A DNA stretch of 63,402 nt, filler included, from Octopus bimaculoides (lineage: Eukaryota): assembly GCF_001194135.2 (NCBI RefSeq). It is 3 parts of 3 records of this genome, joined end to end, with 100 filler letters (N's around TTAATTAATTAA, not from the genome) between each part and the next. Parts side by side here need not be neighbours in the genome. Positions count along the whole stretch, not along the records: positions 31,070 to 56,583 come from NC_068983.1; 2 more parts are not named here. One strand, written 5' to 3'. The notes under the pieces were generated by a model. The model saw only the letters and a list, made by a program, of their open reading frames with translations. It did no database searches and had not been told where the DNA came from. This document shows, piece after piece, positions 37,560-51,847 of this stretch. The position numbers and the translations under genes are program-made. Within the stretch, counting starts at the first letter, position 1. Each line of letters begins with the position of its first letter.

Positions 37560-39330
37560 AAATAGTAGACAGAACATAGATAATTATCAGGAGTTATTCG
37601 TGGGGTTAGCTGAACTAGATGTTGTCTTTGCATTTAGTCTACTAGAAATGGTCAATATATTTTACACGAATAAGAAAACAGTACAAAACAAAATTATATC
37701 TGCATTTCATAGTTTATTATTTGATGGACCTCTGTTTATGTCAGAAATCAGACGAAACTACCAACAGTGATTTTGCAAGACAAGCTATCTGCAGTCTTGA
37801 GACTTGTAACAGAATGCAAAATGAAATTTTCGAGTGTGATTTTATGATGCAAGTAATAACAAAAGAACTTCAAATTTGAAACTGTTTTAGAGATGTCAAA
37901 ACGAAATTGTTTGATAAAGCAGATGCAGCAACTATAATAGCAAGCGTAAAAAACGGGGTACAAACGGAATTGAAGGAGGAAAGATTCATAAACGCCGATT
38001 TCATGACTATTGGGCTCATAAACACAAATTCGTTTGAGCAGAAGCGCTGAGTAAGTTTATGTTTTCGTATCTACGTAATTTTCGTAAATTTTGATCTTCG
38101 AATGCAAAGAGAAAAGTGTCTTCGGAATTGTTAATAACAATATTCCATTACTACTATGTTACACAGAATGTTTCTACAGATCCAGAAGTGTGTCGGCCAT
38201 AAAAGAGTACTGTGAACACAAAAGACACACATAAAAGAAAAAAAGAAAGAAAGAAAAAAGACACACTAAAAGAGAAAAAGATTATATTTCAATTTATTTT
38301 AGACAAAAGTGGGATACAGTTAAACTCTGCGAAAATGGTAATGTATTTGCAGAATTGAATTACTTTACTTTCATGTTTTTCATAAATTGTGTTCATAACA
38401 TACTGTCGCAAGCTGTGAAATTGTTTGATATTCTATAGTGTGACAGCTCGACTTGAAGTATATATAGGGATAAAATAAATGATGTTACCTAATACACTGA
38501 AAATCATTGTAACGATGAACATTATGAAAACATTGTCCGAGAAACAATAGTAGACATTGAACGAATAGATGACTCGGAACTTTTCCAGACAAAAAGAACT
38601 AGGGGAAAGTAAATGAACCATGAAGCAACGTATTTTGAAATACTTGAAAACATTTTACTCTCATTGAAGGAGCGATTTGTTCACTTTGATGAATTTTCCT
38701 ATTTCGAATTAGTTGATGCGAAGAAGCTTTAATTATTTGCTCATACGTTACTTATAAAACATATTGACACTTTCAAGCGAATACCCTAATAAGTGTTCAT
38801 ATACAATAGAAAGTTGGGAGATAGCAAGTTTAAACAAATGATCTCATACACTCTGCACTTCAAGCAATTACAATCCAGTGACAGACCCAGGAGGAGAAAA
38901 CAAGTTTACTTTTCTTTCGGAATATTAAGATTAAAGTTTGTATAAAAGTTCCTGACATTGCTAGATAAATCTTTCACTGATGATGATAAATACTGAAAGC
39001 TCTTCAATAGGAATTCTGTGGAAGTAAGCAACAGCTGTGGTCTCAGCATGAAAGCAATCTTCTCAAGCAAACCTACCAAGCAGATTGCTCAAGCAAAAAC
39101 CCGGAAATGTGTCCGTCAGATCAAACATACGACATAAAATAGGTAGTGTACGGAATTGAGGACAATTAAGGAACGCTGAAAAATCCTTAAGGCGTACAGA
39201 TAAAATGAACATCATGACAGCGATTAATCCTTAATGGAAATGGGTGACCTGAAGTCTCTCAATAGAGCAATTCTATAAATAATAGGTTCGAGGAAATGCA
39301 CGAGGAAACAACGAACATCTTGCTGAAAAG
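37560..39330 (+). mobile_element. Fossil hAT-superfamily transposase (DUF4371/ZMYM1-like)
   Basis: Across frameshifts, in the expected order: TVQNKII, DETTN, DKLSAVLRLV (compare QLS.VLRYV), DAATI..VKNGVQ (compare YDGA..M...NGVQ), YWAHK (compare HC.AH.L) and CYTECFYRSR (compare TRW). Confidence 0.6.
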
Positions 39331-40569
39331 GAAAGGAGCGGATAACAATCTTAATACAAGACAACATAGTGTTCTGCTGTATGCACGTGTATAAATTAAA
39401 CTGATTAACTGGAATATCCTATACAAAATCATAATTATAGCATCATAACATATGAATCTATCGGACTCGTCTATGTTCGTTATCCTTTCAACTTTCATTG
39501 TATTTAATTCTAACCTACACAATCAATAATACCAAAACATATATATACATACTTCAATACCGACATACACTAGCTATCAACTCATTGCTTATTTTTAGTA
39601 TGCTCAACGATACACGTATCCTCACGCAAGTCGTAAGCACAGTAGTAACATGTTACTTCATAATATTTTAAGGACATATTTCACAAAAAGTGCTTTAAAA
39701 TTTACGAATGACTGAATTTAAACATTCCATAGCGATAAAACAGTTATAGGTTGACTTTGTTTTGTACATAATTTCAATTTTTACATGGACTTAGTAATTT
39801 TCACAATACAATGAAGATAAAAAAATCTGTGAAATCGTCTTTATCACAATAATTTCAATTACTTGTAAATACTGCATTATCTCCCATTCACCCTCACTTT
39901 ATCGTTAGATATATTGAGTTGTGGTGGTGTTTAACCAGACAGCTTTTTGATTAAATCAACGAACACCCATCTATTCGAAAAAAAAAAATAATAATAAACG
40001 ATAAGACTTAATTTCAAACTACACAGGTAATAGAAAACATCACCGAAATGATGTATGTACTCGCTGTCTCCGCTTAGAATATTAAAGGTAGCCTAGTTTT
40101 GAAAAGTTTTAAACTCTGAACATCGCCTCATCCAATTCATAGTTAGCTGGAAGTATGGTGGTTCTCAAACCAATTTCTAAGCCATGTATTTTGATTTCTC
40201 TGTGTGCTGTGTCTAAGAACCTCCGAACTGATCTGGCTAATTAACCCTACGTCACCACTTTGAGGAAGATTATCTCTGTTTCCAGAGAACTGAAACCCAA
40301 AGCCGCGACTACTTCCGTGAATGCCAAAATTTCATTTTGGTGTCCTAGTTCACCTTAGCACGTCCATCTTTCGCAATTAGATTTAAGAACTATAACGTAC
40401 AGAAGCAACCAGAGACTGATTTTAACCAATTCTAGAAGAACTGAAAATCCAGAAAAATAACACGAGTTTTGATGTTCTCCCACATTCAGGAGAAAAGTTA
40501 CTGAACCGAAGTAATGACCAGGCACTCTAATTCATTCTTAATCGGGTTTAAAGGGAGCTAACATTGAAA

Positions 40570-40707
40570 TGTTGGTTTCAAATTTTTACATAAAGTCAGC
40601 AAGTTCGGGGGAGAGAGTGAGTCAATTACATCGACCCCCAGTGCTCAGCTGGTGCTTATTTTATCGAACCCGAAAGGCTGAAAGGCAAAATTGACCTCGG
40701 CTGAAAT
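40570..40707 (-). mobile_element. Partial family B SINE
   Basis: ATTACATCGACCCCCAGTGCTCAGCTGGTGCTTATTTTATCGAACCCGAAAGGCTGAAAGGCAAAATTGACCTCGGC. Confidence 0.75.
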
Positions 40708-41799
40708 ATCATTGCCTAAATGATGTATTTACCACGCGTTCTTTAACTTAACAAATGCTTTAATTCTAAAACATCGATTTATTTTCATTTCTCCTTTGAG
40801 GTTGTCATTCTTTCACAGCCTTTCCACATGCTTCTAGGCCAATATTTTAGATGAAAGAAGAAAAGGATTTACTATGTTTGGTAGATCGAGTTATATGTCC
40901 TTAAGTTCCAAGTACAAATTTTGTTGAGCTCGTGTTTGACGTTTAACATTCCAGAATCGATACACTCAAGCATCAGTCTTATATTAGGTCAATAAGAACC
41001 GGTTGAGCAGTGGGGTCGATGCACTCGACTTAGCCTCTTCCCCAAACTGCTGGTTTTGTGACAAAATTTTAAATCGATATTAAAGTTTGTACACATCAAA
41101 TGTCTAAATATCTACACAACTACAATTTTTGAATTGTTATAACATATTTTGACGAACGGACAGTCAAGTATTAGGCAATTGATTTAGTTTTTATCCTGAT
41201 TGATAAAGTCTTAAGTTGGAATTAACTTTTGTTTTTTCTTTCATTATAATAGTATTTTTACGAATAGGCGTTTCAATTTGTCGAACAAATCAGCCTTTCT
41301 GTTTGGGCTTTCAATACAGAAACTTTTGAGTTATTGTTCTACACGATTTGTTTCCTGTCCAGTCTTGTAGAACACTAACTGTTAAGATGTTTGTTGGTTT
41401 TACTCAATGTTTTTTTTCGGTAGAATCTTATTCGAGTTCCTCTTTTCCCTTTATCTTTAACGCATTTTTAACTGTTCAGTTTACAGCTGTGTTGATAATT
41501 TCTTTTATGTAACCAGGCTTTCTGTTTCGCTCTTCTCTCTCTTATTTTGTCCATTGTTTGCATTTATATCGTATTTTATATTCTGCCTCCCAAATTCCCA
41601 CCCTCTAAACCTACAATGATTGCCTGTCTATTGTTGTTGTCTTATATTCAACTATGATTCTTTGCAATGATTTTGTATTGATGACTTGCTAAAATGTTGT
41701 AGTTATTCAAATGACGTCAAATGTTGGAAGAAGCTCTTCCACTTCAAAGTGTCTTATCAGTTTTGCTTTTGTTAGAATTGGTTGTCTTAATGTTTCCTT

Positions 41800-42400
41800 T
41801 TCCTTTTAAGGATTTTTCCTGGTTATTAATATTGAATGGTCTTTATATGTGTTTGACTTTTTTTCACAAGATTCACATGAAAACACTCCCTTTCTTCATC
41901 GTTGAAAAAAGATGTGTCTTCTCGCCCGAAACTATTTTGCTATTCTCTGTATCCTTTGTGCTGTTTTCTCTTGGCAATGTATGAGTAGAATGCATTTTAT
42001 AATGGTCGAAAACCGTAGGCCACAACTCTATTGTTTTATTTTCAGTGTGTATGCTTTCATGAAATATTTTGTCTGCTCAACAGATATATTGTTAGTGAGT
42101 CTGCATATATTTGCCAACACATTTGATTTAAACATTTTGTCTTGTATCTTCTCTCGTATCTTTCTCACCCGAACTGGTAAACTTTGTTAATGTTCGAGTG
42201 TGTGGTAGCTACCATATAGTTGTACATGTCGGAGAGTAGTGGGAGTCGTTAGACTGTTGAATAAAATAACGTGTGGTACTTGCTTACACAGTTTTACAGT
42301 CTTAGTTAAAATAGAGACACGGTCAACTTTGTTTACATCATTCTGACGAATTACATGAAATACTAAATATCGATCGAATGTTGCGCTGGATAAACCTGAG
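41800..42400 (-). mobile_element. Possible fossil piggyBac-like transposase
   Basis: Minus-strand LFNSLTTP (compare DN.FT), ISVEQTKYFMKAYTLKIK/TIELWPTVF (compare GGVD..D...Y...RKT.RWP) and CESCEKK...KDH (Cys-rich tail), in the expected order but heavily degenerate. Confidence 0.4.
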
Positions 42401-42691
42401 CTAATTAAGGTCACTCAGTCGACACGAGGAGAAGTATAATAATGGTCAGAGGCCGAAGCAGGCAGATCAACAATAACTGGTCGAAGCCGAGAACGATCGT
42501 ATATGAATTCATTTGTTCGATGCTATCACGATGTAGGAAGAAATTCAGCAGTTATTTGCCCTTAGAAGTGGAACTATGTCATAAGCATATTTTAAGTAAG
42601 CCAAATCTCGTTTGTACCTAAAGACTGCTTGCTGCTGTAGCTGCTGAATTTCTTCAGACCCAACGGTCTAATGGCGCAGCTCAGTCAATGT

Positions 42692-43051
42692 TACTCTTTT
42701 ACTTGTTTCAGTCATTTGACTGCGGCCATACTGGAGCACCGCCTTTAGTCGAGCAAATCGACCCTAGGACTTATTCTTTGTAAGCCTGGTACTTATTATA
42801 TCGGCCTCTTTTGCTGAACCGCTATGTTACGAAGACGTAAACACACCAGCATCGGTTGTCAAGCGATGTTGGGGAGGACAATCACAGGCACCCAAACACA
42901 CACACGCGCGCGCGCATATATACATACATAAGACAAACTTCTTTCAGTTTCCGAGGCTGTAGTAGAAGAACTTGCCCAAGGTGCCACGCAGTGGGAATGA
43001 ACCCAGAACCATGTGGTTGGTAAGCAAGCTACTTACCACACAGCCACTCCT
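42692..43051 (-). mobile_element. tRNA-derived SINE, family C
   Basis: Minus-strand head GGAGTGGCTGTGTGGTAAGTAGCTTGC...GGTTCTGGGTTCATTCCCACTGCGTGGCACCTTGGGCAAG; relatives at 54322, 57044 and 5770. Confidence 0.82.
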
Positions 43052-45364
43052 ATTAACTATGTTTTAGTTAAAGCTACGTCTTAAAGTCTGTCTCGAGTTG
43101 TCTCTCTTCGGAATTTTCCATTGATATCGGCTAAAGAGCTAGAAATGCATCTGCAAAAAGGAAAGGGACCAGCACTGGACAAAGATCGTGTTTTTGCACA
43201 TTTTACCACAGGAGAGAAGTTTGTCTTCACGGTAACTGTAGTGAATTTGCCTTTAAAAGGCGAAATATGTCACAGACACTTTGACTAACATAAAGATTGT
43301 TTATGCCTAAACACTGGTTGGCGCTGCTACTACTGCATATATANNNNNNNNNNNNNNNNNNNNNNNNNNNNNNNNNNNNNNNNNNNNNNNNNNNNNNNNN
43401 NNNNNNNNNNNNNNNNNNNNNNNNNNNNNNNNNNNNNNNNNNNNNNNNNNNNNNNNNNNNNNNNNNNNNNNNNNNNNNNNNNNNNNNNNNNNNNNNNNNN
43501 NNNNNNNNNNNNNNNNNNNNNNNNNNNNNNNNNNNNNNNNNNNNNNNNNNNNNNNNNNNNNNNNNNNNNNNNNNNNNNNNNNNNNNNNNNNNNNNNNNNN
43601 NNNNNNNNNATATATATATATATATATATATATACATATGTATTTATATGTATGTATGTATGCATGTGTATGTGTGCTTATATATACACACACACGCACT
43701 CATGTATATATAGGTAGAAGCAATTATGCGGATAGACAAATTAGACATTAAATGTATTAAATATATTAAATATCAAAGTTTAGGTATGAAATACAAGATA
43801 TATACAGTAATGCATCACTTTACGAGACCCCGCGTTTACTAGTTTTATTTTATAATAAATATAAAAAGGTTAAAGCAGGAGATCCAAATTTTAAAGTAAG
43901 TACGAAAGTTTCTACTACCATAGGAAATGCTTGTGTTTGTTACCGAGAAATTCATAAAGTGAAAAACTTCTTTGAAAAGAAATCTACAAGTCCGTCTACG
44001 AGAACTTGGCAACCGGTGATTGCGTCTATATGTGAATGTGTGCGCGAGTCTAATGCTAGTAAAAGTGATTCAGAATATGATTATCATAATAATATTTTTA
44101 ATTATAAATAATCAAGGCATTCTTTATACTTTGCAGAAAACATTCTTTACATTCTACTGTTGTTTTATTGCCATTCTTTACGAGTATTATAAATTTTATT
44201 GGTAAACGATTTTTCTGGGACTGAATTACTATTTATAACATTCCATTAAGAGGGAAGGCTCGTCTTAGCCAATGTTAAATGCATCCACACGGTTGCATAT
44301 TGATGAACTACATCTACCAACATTATTATGGATTTCAAATTCAACAGAAACAGCTGTTAGACTTAAACAATCTTTTTTCAGCCATTTTAATTTTCTCTGT
44401 TATTTGTTCTTTATGTATGTGGGATCTATTAATATAAGTATCTATATATTCATACTTCAATATTTATCATGTGAAACTCTCCATCTTTTGCTTTCTCTCG
44501 TTTTCCATGTATACATATATAAATATTATGTATTTCATACCTAAATTATAGTATTTAATATATTTTACGTATATAACGTGTCTAGCTTCTTTTTTCCGCA
44601 TAATTGCCTCTATATCCGTTCAATTTGATACTTTCTATAGCTTGTCTTTACGTTGTGTATGCTCTGTAAACACATCGGAGTGCACATTTGAGCACTACTG
44701 TGTTTCGTCAATACGGAGAATCTCTGGATCTCATCTATAGCCACATATATGTTTGTATACAACGTCCACATTTTTATGCCCAGCGTATATTTTGTGCGTA
44801 TGTACTTTCATTTGACAACTTATTCAAAATCACTCGGTCCAGGAATATTGTTATTTCTGATGGTGGAAAATATTTCCTGTTTAGTATCGGATTTAGAATA
44901 TTTCTAGAGTATTATCTGTTGCTTTCCGTCGTTGATCATTATCGTCTTTGATTTTCTAAAAGGGGACTATGTAAAATTTTCCATTTGCGTAAATGTCTAG
45001 ATTTTTAATACATGAAATATTTCTAGAAGATGAATCTTAAATTTCTTGTTTATACACGTTTACACCACTAGTAAGATTCATCCCTGTTTCTCCAATTTAA
45101 TTCTCATTGCATTGAAACCATGTGATGCAATAGATAAGAGATTTTGTTTTGCAATTCATGTTTGCAATCACTTTCAATTCCTTACCTTGATCCTTCCGTT
45201 CTTTCCTAGATCACCTAATTCACATGTCTCACAACGAGAATCTGCACAGTTCGTTAGAGAATAACTTGTAGAAAAAATCTTCATATAATTATGGTAACTG
45301 AATCAAGAAATCTTTGCGGAAGCAATGATATATACATTCATACATAAATACATTATACATATAC

Positions 45365-45542
45365 GTAGAGTCGCAATAGCCCAGTGGTTAGGAGAGCTGA
45401 GTCACGGTTGTAGGATCGCGGTTTCGATTCCCAGACTGGGCACTGTGAGCGTTTATTGAGCGAAAACACCTAAATCTTCACAAGGCTCCGCCAGGGAGTG
45501 ATGGTGAACGCTGCTGTATTCTTTCAAGACAACTTTCTCTCA
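45365..45542 (+). mobile_element. Family A SINE, 5' half (split by a later insertion)
   Basis: Homologous to about 2977-3155; ends in AACTTTCTCTCA (45531-42), duplicated at 47034-45. Confidence 0.82.
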
Positions 45543-45694
45543 GTTCTATATTTAAGAGGTGAGGAATTATTTACATTATTTACATTCGACGGATAATTCT
45601 CCTCATTTTGTTTGTTGTTAACACAACATTTCTTCAGGTATCTTGGAGAAATTTCGAACTTGGATTCTGATTCCTAAGGTACTTTTCGATGTTA

Positions 45695-45700
<6 letters not shown>
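45543..45700 (-). mobile_element. Penelope-like terminal repeat, complete 3' end, with hammerhead stem II deleted
   Basis: Reverse-complement match to 46871-47033; terminus also matches about 18945-18973. Confidence 0.7.
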
Positions 45701-47033
<1,333 letters not shown>

Positions 47034-47242
47034 AACTTTCTCTCAAACTTTCATCCTGTTTCTGGTGTGCCTGAATTTCAAATGGCCAGCCTTGTTACAC
47101 ACTGTGTCACGCTTAATCTCCCCGACAACTACGTTAAGAATACATGTGTCTGTGGAGTATTCAGCCACTTGCAAGTTAATTTCCTGAAAAGGCTGATCGG
47201 ATCAACTTGAACCCTCGTCGTCGTAACTGACGGAATACCACA
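47034..47242 (+). mobile_element. Family A SINE, 3' half
   Basis: Resumes the family A sequence at the duplicated AACTTTCTCTCA; homologous to about 3143-3355. Confidence 0.82.
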
Positions 47243-47261
47243 TTTGTGCATATACGAATAT

Positions 47262-47298
<37 letters not shown>

Positions 47299-48377
47299 CA
47301 CATACGTATATGTATATTTATATGTATGTATAAATATGTATGTATATATATGCATGTATATATGTATGTATATATATACATGTTTGTATATATGTGTATA
47401 TATATATATATATATATACATACACAAATACGTATACACAAGCACGTTTATATATATTGTGTGCGTGCGCGTGTATTGAATTTTATAATTGAAACAGCGT
47501 CGTNNNNNNNNNNNNNNNNNNNNNNNNNNNNNNNNNNNNNNNNNNNNNNNNNNNNNNNNNNNNNNNNNNNNNNNNNNNNNNNNNNNNNNNNNNNNNNNNN
47601 NNNNNNNNNNNNNNNNNNNNNNNNNNNNNNNNNNNNNNNNNNNNNNNNNNNNNNNNNNNNNNNNNNNNNNNNNNNNNNNNNNNNNNNNNNNNNNNNNNNN
47701 NNNNNNNNNNNNNNNNNNNNNNNNNNNNNNNNNNNNNNNNNNNNNNNNNNNNNNNNNNNNNNNNNNNNNNNNNNNNNNNNNNNNNNNNNNNNNNNNNNNN
47801 NNNNNNNNNNNNNNNNNNNNNNNNNNNNNNNNNNNNNNNNNNNNNNNNNNNNNNNNNNNNNNNNNNNNNNNNNNNNNNNNNNNNNNNNNNNNNNNNNNNN
47901 NNNNNNNNNNNNNNNNNNNNNNNNNNNNNNNNNNNNNNNNNNNNNNNNNNNNNNNNCACACACACACACACACACGCATACACACGCACGCATACACACA
48001 CACACGCACACACACCCATGCACACACACACACACATACACACACACACACACACATATAAACACACACACATTCACTCACATGCACACACGTACGCACG
48101 CACATATACAGGCACCCTTATGCATGTATATTTTTATATTTATAGACATACGCCCAAACATACAGAAATGCATGCATGCCTATATATACATGTGTATATA
48201 TATATATATATGTGTGTATGTATACATGCATGCGTATACACAGACACACATACACAGACACACATACTCACACGCACTTACATATATATGTATAGCGGCG
48301 CATATACGAGCATACGCATATACATGTATAGATTTCTGTAGGCAAGTATGAGTGCATATATATACATACACACATAC

Positions 48378-48413
<36 letters not shown>

Positions 48414-51272
48414 NNNNNNNNNNNNNNNNNNNNNNNNNNNNNNNNNNNNNNNNNNNNNNNNNNNNNNNNNNNNNNNNNNNNNNNNNNNNNNNNNNNNNNN
48501 NNNNNNNNNNNNNNNNNNNNNNNNNNNNNNNNNNNNNNNNNNNNNNNNNNNNNNNNNNNNNNNNNNNNNNNNNNNNNNNNNNNNNNNNNNNNNNNNNNNN
48601 NNNNNNNNNNNNNNNNNNNNNNNNNNNNNNNNNNNNNNNNNNNNNNNNNNNNNNNNNNNNNNNNNNNNNNNNNNNNNNNNNNNNNNNNNNNNNNNNNNNN
48701 NNNNNNNNNNNNNNNNNNNNNNNNNNNNNNNNNNNNNNNNNNNNNNNNNNNNNNNNNNNNNNNNNNNNNNNNNNNNNNNNNNNNNNNNNNNNNNNNNNNN
48801 NNNNNNNNNNNNNNNNNNNNNNNNNNNNNNNNNNNNNNNNNNNNNNNNNNNNNNNNNNNNNNNNNNNNNNNNNNNNNNNNNNNNNNNNNNNNNNNNNNNN
48901 NNNNNNNNNNNNNNNNNNNNNNNNNNNNNNNNNNNNNNNNNNNNNNNNNNNNNNNNNNNNNNNNNNNNNNNNNNNNNNNNNNNNNNNNNNNNNNNNNNNN
49001 NNNNNNNNNNNNNNNNNNNNNNNNNNNNNNNNNNAGAAGAAACAGGACGAAAATAGCGATTCTCATTTTGAAACTGACAGTTTTGAAAATCTATTTAGAA
49101 TACTGTATCAATGTTTAAAATATCAGCGCGAACGGATGAACAATACTCGAGTTACGAACGGGCAAACAGACAGAAGGATTTTTTTAATTCATGAACTTTT
49201 GTTCTTTTCTCTAAAACTATATATTTATATATTTTATTCCATGAAACTTAATTTAATTTTCATTTTTAATAAATTAAATTTAATTGAGATTTTACCTGTA
49301 AATTTGGATTTTTATCCCCAATATTATTATTATATGTATATTTATATATATATACATATATGCATATACCTATATATATGTATATATCTATATATATTTA
49401 TATGTATATATATGTACATATGTGTGTATATATATAAAACCTACCAGGTTTTTTTCTCTTTTGTTTTGCTGAATATAAAGACGTTGTTCTGAAGACACTG
49501 TATTGCAGTTTTAATGCAGCTTCTTTAGATTTGAAACCCCGTTTATATTTTGTTAAAGAATTTGTCTTATGTAAAGCTTTGTTACTAAATGTATATGTAC
49601 GCATACTATATCAGCATTTTGATATATTTGATGTGCAGCTGAGGTAATATCTACGGTTTGTTTGAGTTGTGGAATATTATTTAAGCATTACATTGCGTGA
49701 CAGGCATTGAGAAGGAGCAGGGACAGTTAATGGATACACTTACAGTACGTAGCTTCTTAGTTTAGAATTCGTGGGGTTTTAGAGTAGTATTTTTCTTTCT
49801 CAGATGGAGTCTTGACTCTTTGAGTTATTTGCGTGCATATTTTTAAAACTAGATCATGTTGAATTCATAAGACTGCTTATCTGGTTATTTGAAATAGGAG
49901 ATCGTTCAATACGGAATGATATGTTACTGTACCCTTTAATAGAGTGGTTCATCTTATTAATCTACGAATAGCCACAGTTACAATTCCTGTTATAAATTAT
50001 TTGATTCATTACTATTTACTCGATACCAGAGATTGAGCATTAACAATTTCACTTTGATTAAGGTATGTCGTAATATATGTATGAGAAAGAGAATTTATGT
50101 CACGGCCAGTGCATGAACGTCAATGCATTTGTTGCATTTTGCAATATCTGAGTAGTGAAGGTTATCTGCAAGCTTCGGCATTGTAAAGTATAAGAATTTT
50201 GCCGGGTATCTATTCAATATGATATGGGATTTGTAGTTAAAAGTTTAATTTAGAATATTAAAAGCAACCTTTGAAATATTAGTAAAATACTTTTGGAGCG
50301 TTGCACCAGGTTATGTTTCTTCTCCCGGTTAAACTTTCGGTTATATGTACTCGAGGATAGTTGACAAGTGGTTTCGGTTTATTTACGTACCTGTAATTTA
50401 GCGGTTCGCCTAAAGAAAGCTATAGAGTATGTATGTACCGGGCATTAAAAAATGTACACTTACGTACTGAGGTTGATTATATATATATAAAGGCACACTC
50501 AAACACACACACACACACACACACACCTATGCATGGATATTTTATCACTCAATTTATTAAAAGGAGGTTTGCATAGAAATAGATTTGAAAAAAAAAACAA
50601 TATGTATTGCATAAGCTACCATGAAAACCACTCTGAGGGCAAAGCTTGTGCTACTGTCATACTTGTGCGAACACAAGTATGGAAGTCTAACAAAAATATG
50701 CTCATTTCGACCGGTAAATTGATTACATTTAATTACATATTGGAACTTGAAAAATCAGTTCAGAAGATGACGATTTTGAAATCTTTTCCGACATTTAAAA
50801 ACTATGAGAAGAAAAATTATTTCTGTTATTTGCCATAATTAAATGTAGACAACTATGATGGTTTCAAAAAATTTTGTCGTACATTAGTTTGAAATTATCG
50901 CAACAGATCTTTCGGATTCTGTATCCGGCGATCGCACATTTGAAACCAATCATAGAAAGTTATCGAGTAAGATATTTCAGATTTCTATATGAAAGTGATA
51001 TATTTTCACTTGCTTAGTTTCATTTTAAAATTTAAAATCAGTTTCCTACATTACACTTATGTGAAATGGGATTTTTATCACTCATTGACGTCCTGTTCAC
51101 TGAATGGGAATACTTAATTGAACTAAATTAGATCGATTGCGTGTCTGTCGCAAGTCAAAGAATACGAAAATATCACTCGAAAGCAAGCCCATCTTTCTCA
51201 TTGACATCGATTTTTCATTTGCCAAATAAAGTTGTAAGTAGTTGTTTTGATGATGTTGTTACATTCATGCAA

Positions 51273-51318
<46 letters not shown>

Positions 51319-51635
51319 GCGCGCGTACACACGCGTACACACACATTTATTGTATGAAAGACAAATTTATTTTGTAAAAATATAATTTGACTTCACGTAT
51401 AAGTTCGTCGAAATATTTCTATTTATTCTGAAATATTCTGCAGTTAAGGAAAAAATAAGCTAGAGAAACTGCCCATGATGAGTTGAGAACACTCACGACT
51501 CTAAATTTAAAGTAATTTTATGTTCCTGAAGAAGTATCATTGCTTAGAGGCTGTGATATTCGTTATTATGTCTCCATATTTTAGACTCGGTAAATGCATC
51601 GAAGTTCAAGTTTAATATATTGTTCAATCATACTT

Positions 51636-51847
51636 TTCTTTTCTGCTCCAGGCACAAGGCCAGAAATTATTGGGTAGGGAGCCAGTCAGTTAGATGGACC
51701 CTAGTACACAACAGGTACTTAATTTATTGGCGCCAAAAGGATGAACGACAGAGTCAACCTCGGCAGAATTTGAATTCAGAACGTAAAGACAGACGACATA
51801 CCTCAAAGCATTTTGCCCGACGTGCTTACGTTTCTGCCAGCCCGCTG
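51636..51847 (-). mobile_element. Family B SINE
   Basis: GGCACAAGGC...GGTACTTAATTTAT...CAACCTCGGCAGAATTTGAATTCAGAACGTAAAGACAGACG matches 5344-5553. Confidence 0.8.

Noticed and set aside
44580-44850. Possible GIY-YIG endonuclease remnant on the minus strand (VVYKHIC...IDET...TEH)
   Set aside because: The resemblance is too weak, with stops and spacing problems, to call without a search.
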